Below are positions 38,006-47,891 of a stretch of 64,000 nt of DNA, piece by piece. The translations under genes were made by a program, and so were the position numbers. The first letter of the stretch is position 1, and every line of letters begins with the position of its first letter. The DNA comes from Omnitrophica WOR_2 bacterium GWF2_43_52 (GTDB lineage Bacteria > Omnitrophota > Gorgyraeia > Gygaellales > UBA12090): positions 166,451 to 230,450 of the forward strand of contig MHGF01000034.1 of the NCBI GenBank assembly GCA_001805445.1. Direction: 5' to 3'. A model generated the notes under the pieces. The model was not told the origin of the DNA. It was given only the letters and a program-made list of their open reading frames with translations, and did not search any database.

Positions 38006-39535
38006 TCATGTGTTTTTCGCCGATTCCAGCGGGGTTTGCGCAGCTTTCGGGAGGGTGAAGCTAAAGGCTGAGCCTTGATTGAGCCGTGATGCAACCCAAA
38101 TCCTGCCTTTATGCGCCCGGATAATATTTTTTACCAGCGTAAGCCCTAATCCCGTGCCTTTTACTTTTTGGTTTATGTCATTATCTACTCGGTAAAATTC
38201 ATCAAAGATATGTTCTGTATCCGTCGGGCTCATCCCAATACCGTTATCAGAGATAGTAATTTGAATAGTGTCGGTTGACTCAAAGGCGGAAACGCTGATG
38301 AGTCCTGTCTTTTCAGGGACAAATTTTATGGCATTGCCCATAAGATTGATAAAGACGCGTGAAATCTGGGTTTTATCCGCAAGCGCAAGCGAAAGATTTT
38401 GAGGAAGATTCATTGTTGCGGTAATGGATTTTTCCTTGAGCTGCGGGCTTAACAGGTCAATGGTAGTTTCAACCGCATGCCTAATATCAAAGAGTTCAGA
38501 TTTCATTTCGAATCTTCCGGATTCAATGCGGGCGATATCCAAGAGATCATTAACCAGGCGGGTGAGCTCATCGCTATGCTTATTAATCTTCCCCAGGCGT
38601 TCTTTGACAGGTTCAGGGATTACCCCTAATTTTTCCGATAAGAGTATAGACGCGTATCCTTTTATTGAGGTAAGCGGCGTGCGTAATTCATGTGAAACCG
38701 CGGAGACGAAGTCGGTTTTTCTTTTGCTGATAACGTTGATTTCATTCAGCGCGTCGCTTAATTCTTTGGTGCGCGCCAGCACGTTCCTTTCCAGTTCCTG
38801 GTGTTGGGAGTAAGTAGCTTCAAAAAGTTCGGCATTATCCAATGCTTGCCCGATATGCGTGGCTAATATTGCTACCAATTCCTCGTCTCCTTCGCTGACG
38901 AGTGTTTCTGCCGAAGAATTGCTCAAAAGGATAAATCCGTAGTATCCATCTTTTTTTGATATGGGAGATAGCACGAAAGAATCCAGATGGGTTATCGCCG
39001 TTATGATATGTTTTGCTTTTCTTAAAGTGTCCGCCTCCGATATGGAAGAAAAGGTGCTGTTGTATTCTTTGACCATTGCATAGATGCCTTTTTCAATAAG
39101 CCCTGCTTCAATATAAGAGGTCTCTTCTTCGTTAAAACCCGTAGAATGCCTTATCTGAAGCGTTCCCTGTACATTTTTTGCTACAATGATTGCCTTCTGG
39201 AATCCGATGTTGGTGATATGTTCCTGGTTTATGCGCCTGAAAATTTCATCCTGGTTTAAGGTTTTACTTAATTCTTGCGAGATGCGTTGCATGGCGTAAA
39301 GCCCATTGACGCGTTTATCAAGCTCTTCCTGGGCTTTGTTTAATTTTAGGTCGGTTCTAACAATTAACTTTGCCTGTTCATCCATTTCCTCAAGCGATTT
39401 TTTTAAATAACGCATGGTTTGACTGAGTTGTTGTATGCGTTGTGATTTTAGCATTAAGATAAAGGAGAGAGAAATAATCAACAACATGCTGCTGATGCCA
39501 AGAATGTTGATGGGGAATTCCGCGGAAGGCGGCAT
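38006..39535 (-). CDS. sensor histidine kinase (GAF-containing)
   Basis: H-box SHELRTPLTSIKGY, G-boxes GTGLGLTLV; N-terminal TM. Confidence 0.75.
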   Translation of the reverse strand: MPPSAEFPINILGISSMLLIISLSFILMLKSQRIQQLSQTMRYLKKSLEEMDEQAKLIVRTDLKLNKAQEELDKRVNGLYAMQRISQELSKTLNQDEIFRRINQEHITNIGFQKAIIVAKNVQGTLQIRHSTGFNEEETSYIEAGLIEKGIYAMVKEYNSTFSSISEADTLRKAKHIITAITHLDSFVLSPISKKDGYYGFILLSNSSAETLVSEGDEELVAILATHIGQALDNAELFEATYSQHQELERNVLARTKELSDALNEINVISKRKTDFVSAVSHELRTPLTSIKGYASILLSEKLGVIPEPVKERLGKINKHSDELTRLVNDLLDIARIESGRFEMKSELFDIRHAVETTIDLLSPQLKEKSITATMNLPQNLSLALADKTQISRVFINLMGNAIKFVPEKTGLISVSAFESTDTIQITISDNGIGMSPTDTEHIFDEFYRVDNDINQKVKGTGLGLTLVKNIIRAHKGRIWVASRLNQGSAFSFTLPKAAQTPLESAKNT

Positions 39536-40726
39536 TTATTCTCCTATGCCTACGATGGCGATGGTTTGATTGTGTGAATAAGTTTGTCCGTGGTATGTTG
39601 TTGCTCCCAGTGGCGCGTATTCACCATAGCTGTAGAATCCTGCCAGAGGAGTATTTTCTCCCAGGACTTCTTTGATGGCCTTTACTTCCTTATCAACAGC
39701 CCTTCCTAAAACACGCACTCGTGAGGCAGAGCTGATCGCAAGGGCAAAACAAATTTTTTTGTAGTGCATGGCATGTTGTACCTGAAGCGCGGCTTGACGT
39801 GCTGCCTCAAGGCACGATTCTTTAGTGCTAATCATTAAGCGTATCGCGCTGCCTGAGGGAATGCTGCCTTGCGTAGTGATCGAGCCGTCATCATTTAATG
39901 AGACGATATTACGCAAAAGATACTCGTTTTCACCTTCAAGGTAAATGCCAATAGGGTATAAGACGTTAATATACGTAATTTCCTTTTTAAGCTCAGAAAG
40001 CGTCTTCGCAAAATAATCCTCATAAAGCTGGCTGGCTTTTTTATCGTCAATCTTCCGTAGTATGTTTGTTTTACTTTCGGTAACGGTGCGTATTTTTCCC
40101 AGAGGTTTCCAGCCGTGGCGTATGCCAATGCCGTATGACAGTTTGCCTCCTAAGAGGGCCGCTACCGTATTTTTAGTAAAGATGTTTTCCCCGTAATACT
40201 GCGATGTGCGTTTAAATTCAAAGTTATCGCTAGAGCCTCCGCCAAAAAAAGGAAAACTTCTTCCAATGATACTTTGTAATCCCTGAATGAGCTCAGGGGT
40301 ATATTCAGAAAGGCCATCGCTGATAAGCAGGCAAAGTTCGCGCCGGTAGTCCTGAAAATTCGCCATAAGCCTTGTTCCTAATTCTTGCCCGGATGAAAAG
40401 GCATTTTTATAGGGAGTTACGTCAGTAAAGCCGCAAGCAATTTTCGTGTTGGGTAACGATAAGAGTACTATGACCAGCCCTTCTTTTTGAATTCCGCTGC
40501 CAGTGATAAGGTGTATGGCCGAGCAGCCCAGAAGCGGGGTATTTGCTTTGAGGTTAGGCTGTATATGTTTTAGCAGGCTTTGCACCGCAAATTCCGGGCT
40601 GCTAAAGATGAGCGCCATACTTATCTCATGGATGGGTATTTGCGAGAAGCAAGCCTTGGTTGCTTCCTGAATAGCTTCTAACAAATCCTTTTTTTGGCTT
40701 TTCCCGATAGCAACTTTAAAACCCAT
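39536..40726 (-). CDS. FIST-domain signalling protein (putative)
   Basis: 396-aa soluble protein with FIST_N/FIST_C-like layout; same operon as the histidine kinase and response regulator. Confidence 0.4.
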   Translation of the reverse strand: MGFKVAIGKSQKKDLLEAIQEATKACFSQIPIHEISMALIFSSPEFAVQSLLKHIQPNLKANTPLLGCSAIHLITGSGIQKEGLVIVLLSLPNTKIACGFTDVTPYKNAFSSGQELGTRLMANFQDYRRELCLLISDGLSEYTPELIQGLQSIIGRSFPFFGGGSSDNFEFKRTSQYYGENIFTKNTVAALLGGKLSYGIGIRHGWKPLGKIRTVTESKTNILRKIDDKKASQLYEDYFAKTLSELKKEITYINVLYPIGIYLEGENEYLLRNIVSLNDDGSITTQGSIPSGSAIRLMISTKESCLEAARQAALQVQHAMHYKKICFALAISSASRVRVLGRAVDKEVKAIKEVLGENTPLAGFYSYGEYAPLGATTYHGQTYSHNQTIAIVGIGE

Positions 40727-40887
40727 AAAATTTTGACAGTTTTATACTCTTTATAGATGTTTGAGTATGTAGTGCGCGCAAAACGTATCTACCTGTTAAA
40801 TCCGTTTCATTCTACAGCATAGAAAAGGCTCGGTCAATAAAATTATTGACTACATAACAAACTTTGTTACAATAAGTTCAGTCTTTT

Positions 40888-40965
40888 GGCCCCATCGTCT
40901 AGCCTGGTCTAGGACGTCAGGTTCTCAGCCTGTAAACACCGGTTCAAATCCGGTTGGGGCTACCA
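40888..40965 (+). tRNA. tRNA-Glu(CTC): tRNA-Glu (anticodon CTC)
   Basis: GGCCCCATCGTCTAG...AGGAC D-arm as in tRNA-Glu, anticodon loop TTCTCAG, T arm ACCGG-TTCAAAT-CCGGT, then ACCA. Confidence 0.75.
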
Positions 40966-41224
40966 AATAAGTTTTTTCCGGTTCTCCCGCCTGGAAAGCG
41001 GCGGGGTCAATTCGTCGATGCAGTTTATGTTCACGATGTTCCATTTTGTGATATGGGTATATTTATCAGGAGCGCATGCGCAAAATCCTACAATGATGCT
41101 GGCGCGAGTTCCGCGCGCGTACGTATAGGAAAGATGCAGGCATTCAATGACGGAGAATGCCTCTGTCCGGAGATAAATGTCAGTAAATTTTCTACTATGA
41201 GGCTACCATGAGACTAAAATTCTC

Positions 41225-41515
41225 TTGCATTCTTTATTAATGTATGATAAAAATAGTATACATATGATAGAAAAAAATAGCGAATTCCTAAAAATAAGTT
41301 CCAGGCTGTTAAAAATTATAGCCTGGACATTTTTATTGTTTGGAGGTATTCAAGCACTCGCAATATTTGTACGGATTGATAAAAGTGTTTCTATCGGTGT
41401 AGGATGTATGTGGCTTATTGTGTGCGCGAGCGTTTTTCTCTTCCTTTACCATATTACGCTTTTGGGCGATGTAGTGATAGAAATAGGGCAATTTTTAAAA
41501 AAAGAAAGGTTCTAA
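41225..41515 (+). CDS. small membrane protein, hypothetical
   Basis: 96 aa with two predicted TM helices. Confidence 0.3.
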   Translation: MHSLLMYDKNSIHMIEKNSEFLKISSRLLKIIAWTFLLFGGIQALAIFVRIDKSVSIGVGCMWLIVCASVFLFLYHITLLGDVVIEIGQFLKKERF

Positions 41516-41578
41516 CGTTTCCTGTCAGATAGACGTTTGGCGTAGTGATAGGGTAACAGTCAATGAAAGGAGTAAAAA

Positions 41579-42490
41579 ATGTTTTTATCCAAACATAGGG
41601 TTTTAGCTGTGTTATTGATAGCGCTCTTGGTATGCGGGTGCGATAAGATTTTTTCTAAAAAGCCAGCAAAGGCTACGAAAGTAGAAGGGCCTTCTTCCGT
41701 TGCTGTGGTTGAGGGCATTGTTATCGCTAAGGTAGGCGCCAATGTTATTACTCTTGATGATTTGAATGAGGAGATAGAGTCATATAACGCTATGGTTCCC
41801 GAGGATAAGCCTGATGCCAGAATTTCTACGCGCCAGAAGAAGATAGACTATCTTAAGGAGCAATTGGTGCGCAAAGTCTTGTTGTATCAGGAAGGCTTAG
41901 CCCGGGGATTAGATAAAAAGAGAGATATTGTGAGGGCTCTTGAGAAAACTAAGCAAGAGCTTTTAGCTATTGAGCTTGTGCGTCAGGAGACGGAGAATAC
42001 GGATGTGCCATCCGCGGAAATAGAGAATTACTATAATACTTACAAAGAGGAGCTGAGGGAGCCTGAGGAAAGAAAAATCCGCGCGATAGGAGTTTTATCA
42101 GAGCAGGAGGCAAGGGAAATTCTGATTCAACTTTTGCAAGGAGCTGATTTTGATGCATTAGCGCGGGAACGGTCGAAATTAAAGAGCACCTCAGCCGGAG
42201 GCGATTTAGGGTTTATCGCAAAAGGCAAGATTCCGCAAATTGATACCGCAGCTTTTTCTGACACCTTAGAAGTGGGAAAAATAAGCAATATTATAAAGGC
42301 AAGCGATGGTTATTATTATATTCTCAAACTGGAAGCCAAGCAGGGAGGGAAAGTAAAAAGCCTTAATGAGATGTGGGATGATATCAAGCGGCTGCTTACC
42401 TATCTTAAACAAGAACAAAAAATCATTGATCTGGTAGAGAAACTTAAAAATAAAGCGGGGATTGAAATTATTGAGGGAGAGATAAAATAG
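41579..42490 (+). CDS. parvulin-type peptidyl-prolyl isomerase lipoprotein (PrsA/SurA-like)
   Basis: Lipobox LLVCGCD; rotamase motif GGDLGFIAKGKIPQ...GEVS-like...GYYYILKL. Confidence 0.65.
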   Translation: MFLSKHRVLAVLLIALLVCGCDKIFSKKPAKATKVEGPSSVAVVEGIVIAKVGANVITLDDLNEEIESYNAMVPEDKPDARISTRQKKIDYLKEQLVRKVLLYQEGLARGLDKKRDIVRALEKTKQELLAIELVRQETENTDVPSAEIENYYNTYKEELREPEERKIRAIGVLSEQEAREILIQLLQGADFDALARERSKLKSTSAGGDLGFIAKGKIPQIDTAAFSDTLEVGKISNIIKASDGYYYILKLEAKQGGKVKSLNEMWDDIKRLLTYLKQEQKIIDLVEKLKNKAGIEIIEGEIK

Positions 42491-43422
42491 TGTCGAAGCG
42501 AATAACCTTAATTATAGGCGCGGTATTAAGCATACTTTCTGTAATTTTAGTGAAGGTGTATCTTGACCAACAACGCGCCGGTGTCGATAGCATAGTAAAA
42601 AGGAAGCTGGAGAAGGAGCGGCAGAATCTATCTACGGTATTCGTTGCTAAAAGAGATATCCGTAAAGGTACCCCCATCGATAGCGGCATGATCGCTACCG
42701 AAATTATTCCTAATCAATATGTGCGGCCGCAGGCTGTTAATTCCTCAGATAGAATCGCGGGATTAATAGCCGCAGTGGATATTCCTGCAAAAGAGCAAAT
42801 TTCTAAAACCATGCTTATGGCTGCTCAGGAAACAGCGGTGGCAGAGTCTTACTTGACCTTGGCCATGGCAATTCCCGCTGGAAAAAGAGCGGTAGCAGTG
42901 CCCGTTGACCCTATATCATCCGTAGCAGGCATGATACGGCCGGGAAACTATGTAGACCTAATCGTTATGGCGCAAATTCCTGGACAAAAAGTTGACGGAA
43001 AAGACACTACTCAATCCGCGTCTTTGCCTGTGTTGCAAAATGTGTTAGTTTTGTCCGTAGGCCAAGATATGGGGGTGGACGAATCGCGGATGAAAGGGCG
43101 TTCAAGTAAGGAGGGAAGAAAACAAGAGCAATTTAATATCGTTACCTTAGCTCTTTCTCCCCAGGAAACAAGTATCGTTTCATTTGTTATTGATCAGGGA
43201 GCTAAGTTACGGCTGGCTTTGCGTTCGCCGTCTGATGCGCAGATACAAATAGTTGCTCCAACAAATTGGGAAGCATTATTTCAATACGTCATGCCGCAGA
43301 TGATTAAAGTGAGATCACAGCCAATACAAGAGGATGTGCCGGAAGAGCCCCCGAAACATAAGGTTGAGATTTACCATGGTTTTCAAAAAGAAGATGTGTA
43401 TTTAGCGCAACCTAAAAAGTAG
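42490..43422 (+). CDS. cpaB: Flp pilus assembly protein CpaB/RcpC
   Basis: N-terminal TM then SAF domain (VAKRDIRKGTPIDSGMIATEIIP); GTG start. Confidence 0.7.
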   Translation: MSKRITLIIGAVLSILSVILVKVYLDQQRAGVDSIVKRKLEKERQNLSTVFVAKRDIRKGTPIDSGMIATEIIPNQYVRPQAVNSSDRIAGLIAAVDIPAKEQISKTMLMAAQETAVAESYLTLAMAIPAGKRAVAVPVDPISSVAGMIRPGNYVDLIVMAQIPGQKVDGKDTTQSASLPVLQNVLVLSVGQDMGVDESRMKGRSSKEGRKQEQFNIVTLALSPQETSIVSFVIDQGAKLRLALRSPSDAQIQIVAPTNWEALFQYVMPQMIKVRSQPIQEDVPEEPPKHKVEIYHGFQKEDVYLAQPKK

Positions 43423-43433
43423 AAAAAAAGCCT

Positions 43434-45080
43434 ATGAAAAAACCGAATGCGTTGCAAAAAGCTATTATTTTGTTTCTTATTCAATTGGTTTTATCCATGT
43501 CTGTTTATTCTGCCGCGGAAGATTTGTCTGATGCTCTTGAAGGCGAGGCAACCATTTACCTGGGAGAAACGAAGGTGTTTGATGCCGCGCTGCCCAAGCG
43601 TGTGGCGATAGGCAATCCGTTGATAGCTGATGTTTCCAGTGTTTCTGAGACGACGATAGTTGTCGTTTCAAAAGCAGTAGGGATAACGACATTATTGTTT
43701 TCTGATTCGCAGGGAGAACATGCTTTCCAACTGCAGGTTCTCGCGGAGGATTTAACCGATGATTTAGTAAAGGTTAACGCTGTGCTTAAGGAATTGCGCC
43801 AGCCGAATATCCGCGCGCGGCTGGTTGATACCAACGATAAGATTTTATTGCAGGGGGATGTGAAAACCCAGTATGAAAAGGACCAGATCCTGATAGCTTT
43901 GGGTGAGCTCAAAGATAAGGTTGCTGATTTAATTGATATCAAAGAAGATGAAAAGACCATTGATATTGATGTGGAGGTGTTAGAAATCGATAAAGACGCG
44001 ACGAAAACATTAGGAATGAATGTCCCAGGGTCGCTCGATATTATAGAGACAGGTTCCCCAGGCATACAACATGGCGTAGGGACGAAATGGTCAACATTGT
44101 TTAAAGTCTTGAATTTAGAACGAGGGACAGCCGATGGCGCAAGCCCATTCACTTTTAGCCTTGACGCGCTCATACAGGAAGGAAAGGCGCGCGTATTGTC
44201 GAGGCCGCGGCTTGCCTGTCAAAGCGGTAAAGAGGCAGAATTGTTAGTGGGAGGGGAGAAGCCCATACTTACCACCGAAGTAGCTTTTGGAGGAGGGTCA
44301 GGGACAAAGGTGACGTATAAAGAGTATGGCATTAAGCTCAATATAAAACCAACGGTAACGGAAAATGAGCGTATTAAAGTGAGCCTTAATGTTGAGGTCA
44401 GTGATGTAGGAGCGGCCGAGACCATTGGCAGCGCCACACAAACTACGGCCAAGGCATTTCCGTTAACAAAGCGCACCGCGTCAACAGAGCTTTTTCTTAA
44501 TAGCGGCCAGACGCTTCTTATCGGTGGCTTGACAAAAGAGAAAGAAGAAAACTCGGTAAGAAAAACTCCTTTTTTGGGAGATCTCCCGATAGTAGGAATG
44601 CTGTTTAGGAGCAAATCAGACAAGCATGGCGGTGGACGCGGAGAATTGGGAAATGTCGAGTTAGTTATTTTAGTCACTCCTAGAATTATTTCAGAGCAGG
44701 CAAAAGGGAATGTTGTGACAGGGGAAACAACATCCCTTCCTCATGAAGTTGAAGATGTGTCAGGTGTCAATTTAAAGGCGCATGAAACCTCTAAGGCAGC
44801 GTATGCTTCTGCCGTAAGGGATTCCATTCTAAAAGATTTTCAATACCCTCCTTTAGCCAGAGACTACAGCATGCAAGGCACGGTTGAATTGACGCTCCAT
44901 ATCGCGTCAACCGGGGAGCTGCTAGATGTAAAGGTTAAGAGGCGCGCTGATCATCAGGTGCTCAATGAGCACGCGATGTCTGTGGTAAAGAAAATTTCTT
45001 CTTATCCGCAATTTCCCTCCACCATAAATTTAAAAGATATATATATCGATATTCCTATAGTATACAAATTAGGCGCTTAA
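43434..45080 (+). CDS. cpaC: Flp pilus secretin CpaC/RcpA with C-terminal TonB_C-like domain
   Basis: Secretin signatures (GGEKPIL..., KTPFLGDLPIVGMLFRS, LVILVTPRII), then TonB C-terminal-like YPPLARDYSMQGTVELTLHIASTGELLDVKVKRRADHQVLNEHAMSVV. Confidence 0.75.
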   Translation: MKKPNALQKAIILFLIQLVLSMSVYSAAEDLSDALEGEATIYLGETKVFDAALPKRVAIGNPLIADVSSVSETTIVVVSKAVGITTLLFSDSQGEHAFQLQVLAEDLTDDLVKVNAVLKELRQPNIRARLVDTNDKILLQGDVKTQYEKDQILIALGELKDKVADLIDIKEDEKTIDIDVEVLEIDKDATKTLGMNVPGSLDIIETGSPGIQHGVGTKWSTLFKVLNLERGTADGASPFTFSLDALIQEGKARVLSRPRLACQSGKEAELLVGGEKPILTTEVAFGGGSGTKVTYKEYGIKLNIKPTVTENERIKVSLNVEVSDVGAAETIGSATQTTAKAFPLTKRTASTELFLNSGQTLLIGGLTKEKEENSVRKTPFLGDLPIVGMLFRSKSDKHGGGRGELGNVELVILVTPRIISEQAKGNVVTGETTSLPHEVEDVSGVNLKAHETSKAAYASAVRDSILKDFQYPPLARDYSMQGTVELTLHIASTGELLDVKVKRRADHQVLNEHAMSVVKKISSYPQFPSTINLKDIYIDIPIVYKLGA

Positions 45081-45083
45081 ACT

Positions 45084-47240
45084 ATGGCTAAAGTAATTGT
45101 ACTCTTTGGCACAAAAGGCGGGGTGGGCAAGACTTTTATCGCGGTTAATACCGCGGTATGCCTTGCAAAAGATGAGGCAAAAAAAGTCTGCCTTATTGAT
45201 TTAGATATGCATGTCGTCGGCGATATGGCGCGAATGCTGGATGTAGTTCCCCAAAAGGCGATGATAGATTTAATTGGCAGCCTCGGCCAACTGCAGGACG
45301 TTGGTTTCAAAAAAGAAGATTTTATGACCAGAGGTTCTTATGGCTTTGATTTTTTGCCAGGGGTATTAAGGCCGCGGCAGGCATCCCATCTTGAAACTGA
45401 GGGTGTTAAGGCAGTGTTTAAGCTGTTGGATAAAGAATATGATTATATCATCATTGACGCGGGAAAGAATTTTAGCGATGTATTTGTTACCGTTCTCAAT
45501 CAGGCAAATCTTATTCTTCTTGTAGTGACGCCCGATGTCCTCTCTATATACCAGGCTCGATGGATATTGGATGCCTTACAGTTTTTACATTTTCCTCTTA
45601 CGATGCTGAAGGTGATTCTAAACCGCGCGGAGTCAAGTTCAAGCATTGGCTGGAAAGATGTAGGCGCGAGTTTACCTATAGGCATACTTTCTATGATTCC
45701 TTCAGAAGGAAAAGTTGTTGGCCAGGCGTTAAACCGCGCGATACCCGTAGTTATTGACAATCCAAAGTCAAAAATCGCGTTGGAAATAAAGAAGGTAAGC
45801 CACGAGCTGGTAGTCAATAGTAAGCTGTTCGTGGAAAATTTTGAAATAGATATGGGGCAGCTTAAAGAAGTCATGCTAGAAAAATCCGGGGAATTCTGGA
45901 AATCTCAAGGGATCTCTGAGGCGCCGTCTGAAATTCAGGGAGCAAGCGCGGTTGACGGGATAATTTTGCTTAAGAGGCGTATCCATAGCCGGCTTATTGA
46001 GGGCATGAATTTAAAAAGGCTGGACCTGCGGGCATTCTCTGATCAGAAGAAGGTTAAGGAGCTGCGTGAAAAAGCAGAGATGCTTACGGTAAATCTTATC
46101 GCCGAGGAGGTTGGGAGCGTTATCGCGTCTCCCGAAGTGCGTAAAAGGCTGGTTAAAGAAATTCTCGATGAAGCGTTAGGGCTTGGCCCTCTTGAGGATT
46201 TGATTGCCGATCCCGAAATTACCGATATTATGGTGAATAACAAAGATACTGTCTATGTAGAACGTTACGGGAAGATTACGTTAACCGACAAGAAATTTAT
46301 CTCTAACGAACAGCTCAGGACAATTATTGAACGTATCATCGCTCCTTTGGGAAGGCGTATTGATGAATCAGTGCCAATGGTAGACGCGCGGCTTTTTGAT
46401 GGCTCTCGTGTCAACGCGATTATCCCTCCTCTTGCGCTTACTGGGCCCTCTCTTACCATAAGGAAATTCAGGAAGGAAAAGTTTAAAGTAGAAGAATTGA
46501 TTGTCCTTAAGACGTTCAGTAGGGAAATGGCGGAATTTTTAAAAGCCTGTGTTGCTTCCCGGAAGAATATGATTGTTTCCGGCGGGACAGGTTCGGGAAA
46601 AACCACCATGCTGAATCTGTTATCCATGTTCATCCCGGAGGATGAGAGAATAATCACTATAGAAGATGCCGCTGAGCTAAAACTTAGCCAAGCGCACTGG
46701 ATACGGTTAGAAGCCCGCCCTTCGAATATTGAAGGTAAGGGTTCGGTGACAGCCAGAGATTTATTTAAAAATACGCTGAGAATGCGCCCTGACAGAATCA
46801 TTATTGGCGAATGCCGCGGTATTGAAACGTTAGATATGTTGCAAGCCATGAATACCGGCCATGATGGGTCAATGACAACCATTCACGCTAATTCTACGTA
46901 TGATGTCTTAGCCAGGCTTGACTCAATGATTTTAATGTCAGGTATCGAGTTGCCGGTAAGGGCAATTCGCGAAATGATCGCGTCAGCTGTAGATATTATC
47001 GTGCATACCGCGAGGCTTTCTGACGGTTCGCGGAAAATAGTGCAAATTGCTGAGATTATAGGCATGAAGGATGAAGTGCATATTGATATACGCGATATAT
47101 TTAAATTTAAGCAGACCGGAGTAGATACTCAAGGCAGAGTACTGGGAGAGTTTAAAGCTACAGGACAAATTCCTACGTTCTTAGACGAAGTCAAGGTTAA
47201 GGGCATATCCCTCTCGGAAGATATTTTTAAGGCCGCATAA
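45084..47240 (+). CDS. fused CpaE/TadZ-like ParA/MinD ATPase + CpaF/TadA secretion ATPase
   Basis: N-terminal deviant Walker A FGTKGGVGKT (residues 1-250 ParA-like); C-terminal GGTGSGKTT, IITIEDAAEL, IIIGECRG, GHDGSMTTIHAN (VirB11/CpaF motifs); single 718-aa ORF. Confidence 0.75.
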   Translation: MAKVIVLFGTKGGVGKTFIAVNTAVCLAKDEAKKVCLIDLDMHVVGDMARMLDVVPQKAMIDLIGSLGQLQDVGFKKEDFMTRGSYGFDFLPGVLRPRQASHLETEGVKAVFKLLDKEYDYIIIDAGKNFSDVFVTVLNQANLILLVVTPDVLSIYQARWILDALQFLHFPLTMLKVILNRAESSSSIGWKDVGASLPIGILSMIPSEGKVVGQALNRAIPVVIDNPKSKIALEIKKVSHELVVNSKLFVENFEIDMGQLKEVMLEKSGEFWKSQGISEAPSEIQGASAVDGIILLKRRIHSRLIEGMNLKRLDLRAFSDQKKVKELREKAEMLTVNLIAEEVGSVIASPEVRKRLVKEILDEALGLGPLEDLIADPEITDIMVNNKDTVYVERYGKITLTDKKFISNEQLRTIIERIIAPLGRRIDESVPMVDARLFDGSRVNAIIPPLALTGPSLTIRKFRKEKFKVEELIVLKTFSREMAEFLKACVASRKNMIVSGGTGSGKTTMLNLLSMFIPEDERIITIEDAAELKLSQAHWIRLEARPSNIEGKGSVTARDLFKNTLRMRPDRIIIGECRGIETLDMLQAMNTGHDGSMTTIHANSTYDVLARLDSMILMSGIELPVRAIREMIASAVDIIVHTARLSDGSRKIVQIAEIIGMKDEVHIDIRDIFKFKQTGVDTQGRVLGEFKATGQIPTFLDEVKVKGISLSEDIFKAA

Positions 47241-47268
47241 ACTTTTCGAATCATTTTCGCAGCTTTCC

Positions 47269-47610
47269 ATGAAGATTATTAATAAAACACGCGATGTGCT
47301 CTTAGCAGAACACGCAGTTATTGCTGATAAGCCTTTTGTCAGGATGAAAGGACTTTTAGGCAAGAAGCAGTTATTAGATAAGCATGCCTTGGTTTTAAAA
47401 CCTTGCAATTCAATCCACACATTCTTTATGCGCTTTGCTATAGATGTGCTTTTCTTGGATAGGCAAAATAATATTGTAAAAATGTACGCTTCTTTAAAAC
47501 CGTGGCGTCTAAGCGGGATATTCCCTAGCGCATTCTTTTGTATAGAGCTGCCCTCCGGCGTGATCAATAAAACCCATACCTGCATAGGGGATCAGGTTTT
47601 TCTTGAATAA
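47269..47610 (+). CDS. DUF192 (COG1430) family protein
   Basis: 113 aa, PFVRMKGLLGKK...ALVLKPCNSIHTFFMRFAIDVLFLD pattern of DUF192. Confidence 0.55.
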   Translation: MKIINKTRDVLLAEHAVIADKPFVRMKGLLGKKQLLDKHALVLKPCNSIHTFFMRFAIDVLFLDRQNNIVKMYASLKPWRLSGIFPSAFFCIELPSGVINKTHTCIGDQVFLE

Positions 47611-47659
47611 AACCCGCGAACTTCTTTAAGCCTTTTCAGCCAGCAGAGTAAAAATCTAC

Positions 47660-47702
47660 TTGCAAAAGCCTGTTTTTAAACTATAATGTCCAATTGGACA
47701 TT
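47660..47702 (+). promoter_or_regulatory. sigma70-type promoter with overlapping 18-bp palindromic operator
   Basis: TTGCAA, 16-nt spacer, TATAAT (47682-47687); perfect palindrome AATGTCCAATTGGACATT at 47685-47702 overlaps the -10 and +1. Confidence 0.5.
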
Positions 47703-47891
47703 ATCCTCAGAATTTGCATTAGCCCAAAGGCGTTTAACACTAATCTTTTGGGCTAAAAGAAGTTACAAAAAACCTCGCCGTACTCTTTAAGTACGCCTCG
47801 ATTTTTTCTAACTCTTGCTTGTCCCCAGAGGGGGATATCTCCAAAATCTTAGTGTTCTTCATCCGCGTTTAATGCAAAATCCGGGATTATT

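Noticed and set aside
40954-41211. 85-aa ORF overlapping the 3' end of tRNA-Glu
   Set aside because: It starts inside the tRNA, has no RBS, and has odd composition.
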